Part shown: positions 60,820 through 64,000 of the stretch, in pieces
Layout: each line of letters begins with the position of its first letter
How positions within the stretch are numbered: the stretch's first letter is position 1
Source: an uncultured delta proteobacterium
Lineage (GTDB): Bacteria; Myxococcota_A; Polyangia; Polyangiales; Polyangiaceae
NCBI GenBank assembly: GCA_963716725.1
Contig: CAVQUB010000011.1
Span: 224,001-288,000 of the forward strand
Reading direction: 5' to 3'
Length of the DNA: 64,000 nt
Notes under the pieces: generated by a model
What the model was told of the DNA's origin: nothing
Databases searched by the model: none
The model's input: the letters and a program-made list of their open reading frames with translations, nothing else
Translations under genes and position numbers: made by a program

Positions 60820-61120
60820 GTGGACTCTCGTCCGGCTGCGCTACCCGGCCCCGAGCCGCGCTGGTGTGCTCTTGGAACGGCGGAGCTTGGCGCGGCGGCT
60901 CTGGCAGCAGCAGTCTGCGCCCGATTCGCCCTGGGATCTCGCCGGGCGCCCGAGATCCAGGGCACCGTGATCTACGAGCTCCACCACCCGAAGCTGTCGT
61001 TCTCGCAGGACCTGACCCGAGTCGAGGCGACTTGGTCGAGCCACACCGACACGTCGAGCTGAGGCCGCGGCGTCGGTCTGGCGGCTCGTCGCCGCGGGGA
61101 TCGGCGCCCTCGCGGGGCAG

Positions 61121-61876
61121 CTACGGGTCCTTCAAGAAGGATCGGAGCACCGTCTTGGTCCCAACCTCCGGGAACATCACTTCGACCTTGTCACCTTCGA
61201 CGGTGCGCTCAATGGTCCCGAGTCCGAACTTGGGGTGGCGTACCATGACCTTCGGTCCGGGGGGCGGTGGGCGGTCATCGACGACTCTGACCAAGAAGTC
61301 GTCGGCAATTGGCCTGGTATCGGCCTGCGCCGCGGCGAGGGCCTCCAGCCAGTGGATTCCGTGGGTGGAGTAGCGGCGCGAGAGGCGTCGCTCCAGGAAG
61401 GCGGAGAGCATTTCCGGTGAAGTGGTCTCGGTGCTGTCTCGCGTGCGTACCGCGACATCCGTCGTCCGATCGTGAGTTCCTTCTGCAACGCAGAGCAGGG
61501 AGTCCACTCCCCAGAACGCTGGCGGAGCGTCGTCCTGCATCGAGTGCTCGCCGAACGACGCCACGGCGATCCACCCGCGAGGCGCCCCGAAGGATCCGGC
61601 GCAATCTCGCACCACATTCGCGATCTTTGCCACGCTCAATCCCGTGGCGCGCAACAAGGCGGGAATGCGAAGCACTGCCGTCGCCCAAATGTCATTCGGC
61701 AACGTGGCTCCGATCGCGGCCTCGGTGCTCTCGATGAACGCGACCCCTACTTCTCGCCCGGTCGGCTGAAACTCCTCGGCCTGCGCTGGCAGGTGTTCTC
61801 GTAGAGCGCGTAGCAGGTGCAGCGTCTCATGGAACGCCTTGCTCGTTGGAAGGACTCCGGTCTCGAGCTCGCCCAC
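61121..61876 (-). CDS. SMI1/KNR4-like domain fused to a PcrA/UvrD-type C-terminal Tudor-like domain
   Basis: IESTEAAIGATLPND; C-terminal VRHPKFGLGTI...DKVEVMFPEVGTKTVL; start uncertain. Confidence 0.6.
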   Translation of the reverse strand: MGELETGVLPTSKAFHETLHLLRALREHLPAQAEEFQPTGREVGVAFIESTEAAIGATLPNDIWATAVLRIPALLRATGLSVAKIANVVRDCAGSFGAPRGWIAVASFGEHSMQDDAPPAFWGVDSLLCVAEGTHDRTTDVAVRTRDSTETTSPEMLSAFLERRLSRRYSTHGIHWLEALAAAQADTRPIADDFLVRVVDDRPPPPGPKVMVRHPKFGLGTIERTVEGDKVEVMFPEVGTKTVLRSFLKDP

Positions 61877-61932
61877 GGGGTCAAGTGTGCCGTCGACTTG
61901 CCGATCATCGCAAGCGCCGCGCCCACTCTGGC

Positions 61933-62259
61933 TCAGGCTGCGGACCTCAGCACGAGAGCTCCCAGACAAGGACCAACGATGTCCTCGCAGCAGCGGCGCG
62001 CCAGGGCGCGCAGGGTCGGCGTGCTGGGCACGCCGAAACGCTCGAGCCTGCTGCTCGATTCGGCCTCGAGGCTTGGCAACTTGTAGATCAACCCGGCAAA
62101 GGCCTGCTGCAACGCTGGCAGCACCCCCGGGTCCCGGGCCACGCAAAACGCGAGGACTCGGCACGCCAGCTCGGCGTGGCGCAGTTCGTCAGCGGCGATC
62201 CGCCGCAGCATGCGGCGCAAGGCCCGCGTCTCCGCCACGTTCGCCAGGTGGTCTGCCAT
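61933..62259 (-). pseudogene. C-terminal fragment of a myxobacterial ferritin-like protein
   Basis: LRRIAADELRHAELA carries only one ExxH; in-frame stop just upstream. Confidence 0.5.
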
Positions 62260-62289
62260 TGGGGGGCAGGATGCACCCTAGGGGTGTCT

Positions 62290-63015
62290 TCACTTGCCCG
62301 GCGGCACGCAGGCGCCGGTGTTCGGGTGCTTCGTATACCCGTCCGTGCACACCCGGCACTTGCCCGAGTTGTCGTACGCAGTGCCCTTCGGACACGCGTC
62401 GAGGCATTTGTCGATGACCAGGACCTTGCCGGCGGGGCACGTCACCGGCGGCACGCAGGCGCCGGTCTTCGGGTGCTTCGTGTACCCGTCCGTGCACAGC
62501 GTGCACCTGCCCGTGTTGTCGTGCGCTGTGCCCTTCGGACACGCGTCGAAGCACTTGTCGATGATCAGAACCTTGCCGGCGGGGCACGTCACCGGCGGCA
62601 CGCAGGCGCCGGTCTTCGGGTGCTTCGTGTACCCGTCCGTGCACAGCGTGCACTTGCCCGTGTTGTCGTGCGCTGTGCCCTTCGGACACGCGTCGAAGCA
62701 CTTGCCGACGACCAGGACCTTGCCGGCGGGGCACGTCACCGGCGGCACGCAGGCGCCGGTCTTCGGGTGCTTCGTGTACCCGTCCGTGCACAGCGTGCAC
62801 TTGCCCGTGTTGTCGTGCGCTGTGCCCTTCGGACACGCGTCGAAGCACTTGCCGACGACCAGGACCTTGCCGGCGGGGCACGTCGGTGGCGCCACGCACT
62901 GGCCCTTCCCGTTGGGCACGGTCCCATCCGCACAAGGGGGTCCCGCGTACGCCACGAGCGCCACCAGGGAAGTCAGCACGGCGATGATCAGTAGGCGCAG
63001 AGGTCGTCGGTTCAA
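62290..63015 (-). CDS. Secreted Cys-rich protein with four 49-aa repeats
   Basis: Signal peptide; CPAGKVLVVGKCFDACPKGTAHDNTGKCTLCTDGYTKHPKTGACVPPVT x4. Confidence 0.85.
   Translation of the reverse strand: MNRRPLRLLIIAVLTSLVALVAYAGPPCADGTVPNGKGQCVAPPTCPAGKVLVVGKCFDACPKGTAHDNTGKCTLCTDGYTKHPKTGACVPPVTCPAGKVLVVGKCFDACPKGTAHDNTGKCTLCTDGYTKHPKTGACVPPVTCPAGKVLIIDKCFDACPKGTAHDNTGRCTLCTDGYTKHPKTGACVPPVTCPAGKVLVIDKCLDACPKGTAYDNSGKCRVCTDGYTKHPNTGACVPPGK
62298..62885 (-). repeat. 147-bp near-identical tandem repeat x4
   Basis: GGCGGCACGCAGGCGCCGGT recurs at 147-bp spacing (62300, 62447, ...). Confidence 0.92.
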
Positions 63016-63173
63016 GGTATCGCTCCCGGTAGAGTGGGTAAGACGGAGTCCCCGGCCAGGGCATGCAGCGGAGCGCCCGCGGACCGGAAGGTGGCGACTC
63101 TAGCTCAGCGCGGGGCGCCGTGTCAGGACTGAGCCGAGATCCGAAGCGGGATGCCGCCCTGATCGCGCTGCCT

Positions 63174-63779
63174 CTACGGCGATCGCTCGAGCTTGCTGCC
63201 CACCAAGAACACCTCGGAACTCACCGAGCGCGTCCCCGACGGACGGATGGTCTGCTCCTTCTGGTAGGCGGCCTTCAGCGCGGCACGCGCAGCCTGAAAA
63301 TCGCTGCTCATGAACAGCTTGCCGACGAACGCGCTGCCCGGCTTGCCGAGCGCGACGGCGACCTCGAGGGCACGCATGAACAGCTCGAAGGAGAGCGTCT
63401 GATCGCGTGCCTTGGTGCCGCTGGTGTTCGGCGCCATGTCGCTCAACACCACGTCGTAGGGAGCAAACTTCGCGAGATCTTCGTTCGCGAGATCGAGAGC
63501 GTCGCCGCGGATCACGCTGACGTTGTCGGGAAACACCTGGTCGATGGGCGAGAGGTCGACGGCCAGCACGCGCCCCCGGGGACCAACCTTCTGCGCCGCG
63601 TACAGCGTCCAGCTGCCGGGCGCCGAACCCAGGTCGAGCACGCTCTGTCCCGGGGCGAGCAGGCGCACTCGGCGGTCGATCTCTTCGAGTTTGAACACGC
63701 TGCGCGCGGGGTATCCCCTCGCCTTCGCCTCGAGGGTCCGCGCGTCGGGGCGCGCGTACGGGTTCCTGCGCCCTTTCAC
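63174..63779 (-). CDS. rlmE: 23S rRNA 2'-O-methyltransferase RlmE/FtsJ
   Basis: GYPARSVFKL.EID, LDLGSAPGSW, VLSDMAPNTSG, FVGKLF, SSEVF; GTGA overlap with the upstream gene. Confidence 0.93.
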   Translation of the reverse strand: MKGRRNPYARPDARTLEAKARGYPARSVFKLEEIDRRVRLLAPGQSVLDLGSAPGSWTLYAAQKVGPRGRVLAVDLSPIDQVFPDNVSVIRGDALDLANEDLAKFAPYDVVLSDMAPNTSGTKARDQTLSFELFMRALEVAVALGKPGSAFVGKLFMSSDFQAARAALKAAYQKEQTIRPSGTRSVSSEVFLVGSKLERSP

Positions 63780-64000
63780 GGCGTGGACCAGACGTAGCCC
63801 GTGATTCCCTCGTCCTTGTAACCGAGCGCGCTGACAGCGTTGTTCTTCTCGGCCAGGCTCGTCGTATAGAAGTGGCTGCTCGTGGGGTGACTGGTGCGAT
63901 ACAGGGGCACCGCACCGCAAACCGCGCTCGGGGCCAGGTAGCCCATGACGCCCTCGAGCGTGCTGCCCGCCGCGCCCTCGCAGCTCGCGCTCGGCGTGTA
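63776..64000 (-). CDS. C-terminus of a DUF5648-like protein (gene starts outside window)
   Basis: LEGVMGYL...VPLYR...HFYTTS..E...GYKDEGITGYVW*. Confidence 0.75.
   Translation of the reverse strand, partial: YTPSASCEGAAGSTLEGVMGYLAPSAVCGAVPLYRTSHPTSSHFYTTSLAEKNNAVSALGYKDEGITGYVWSTP

Noticed and set aside
60820..61062. 80-aa ORF after the DUF4241-like gene
   Set aside because: No RBS or recognisable motif. It could be a remnant but I cannot support it.
62298..62885. CRISPR-like array
   Set aside because: The repeats are contiguous 147-bp in-frame coding units without unique spacers, and there are no cas genes.

Overview
A high-GC (about 70% by eye) chromosomal window that looks myxobacterial (Myxococcota, probably Polyangia/Polyangiaceae-like). 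The assignment is inferred from eukaryotic-type Ser/Thr kinases, PEGA and giant TPR-like proteins, and many lipoproteins with Gly/Ser linkers. It holds about 52 genes plus tRNA-Leu(GAG). Recognisable housekeeping genes are pfkA, thrC, msrA, frmA, a ggt-like gene, a gcdH-like gene and rlmE. I found no CRISPR array, integrase or IS. The strongest candidate for an undescribed system is a three-gene RiPP-type cluster at 48535-50568: a precursor, a DUF692/MNIO enzyme and a DUF2063 partner. The precursor looks like a membrane-anchored lipoprotein with a long Pro/Ala stalk ending in CGAGTCG. Other leads: a GGT homologue whose amino-group-binding residues are replaced; an unannotated 42-aa membrane peptide behind a structured 5' region and a RAPP-like leader ORF; an ATP-grasp ligase/zincin pair; an accessory island at 58.5-63 kb with immunity-like and Cys-repeat genes; start-less gene remnants; and widespread leaderless-type promoters. 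Three genes carry apparent frameshifts that may be sequencing errors. All family assignments come from motifs read by eye, with no database searches.
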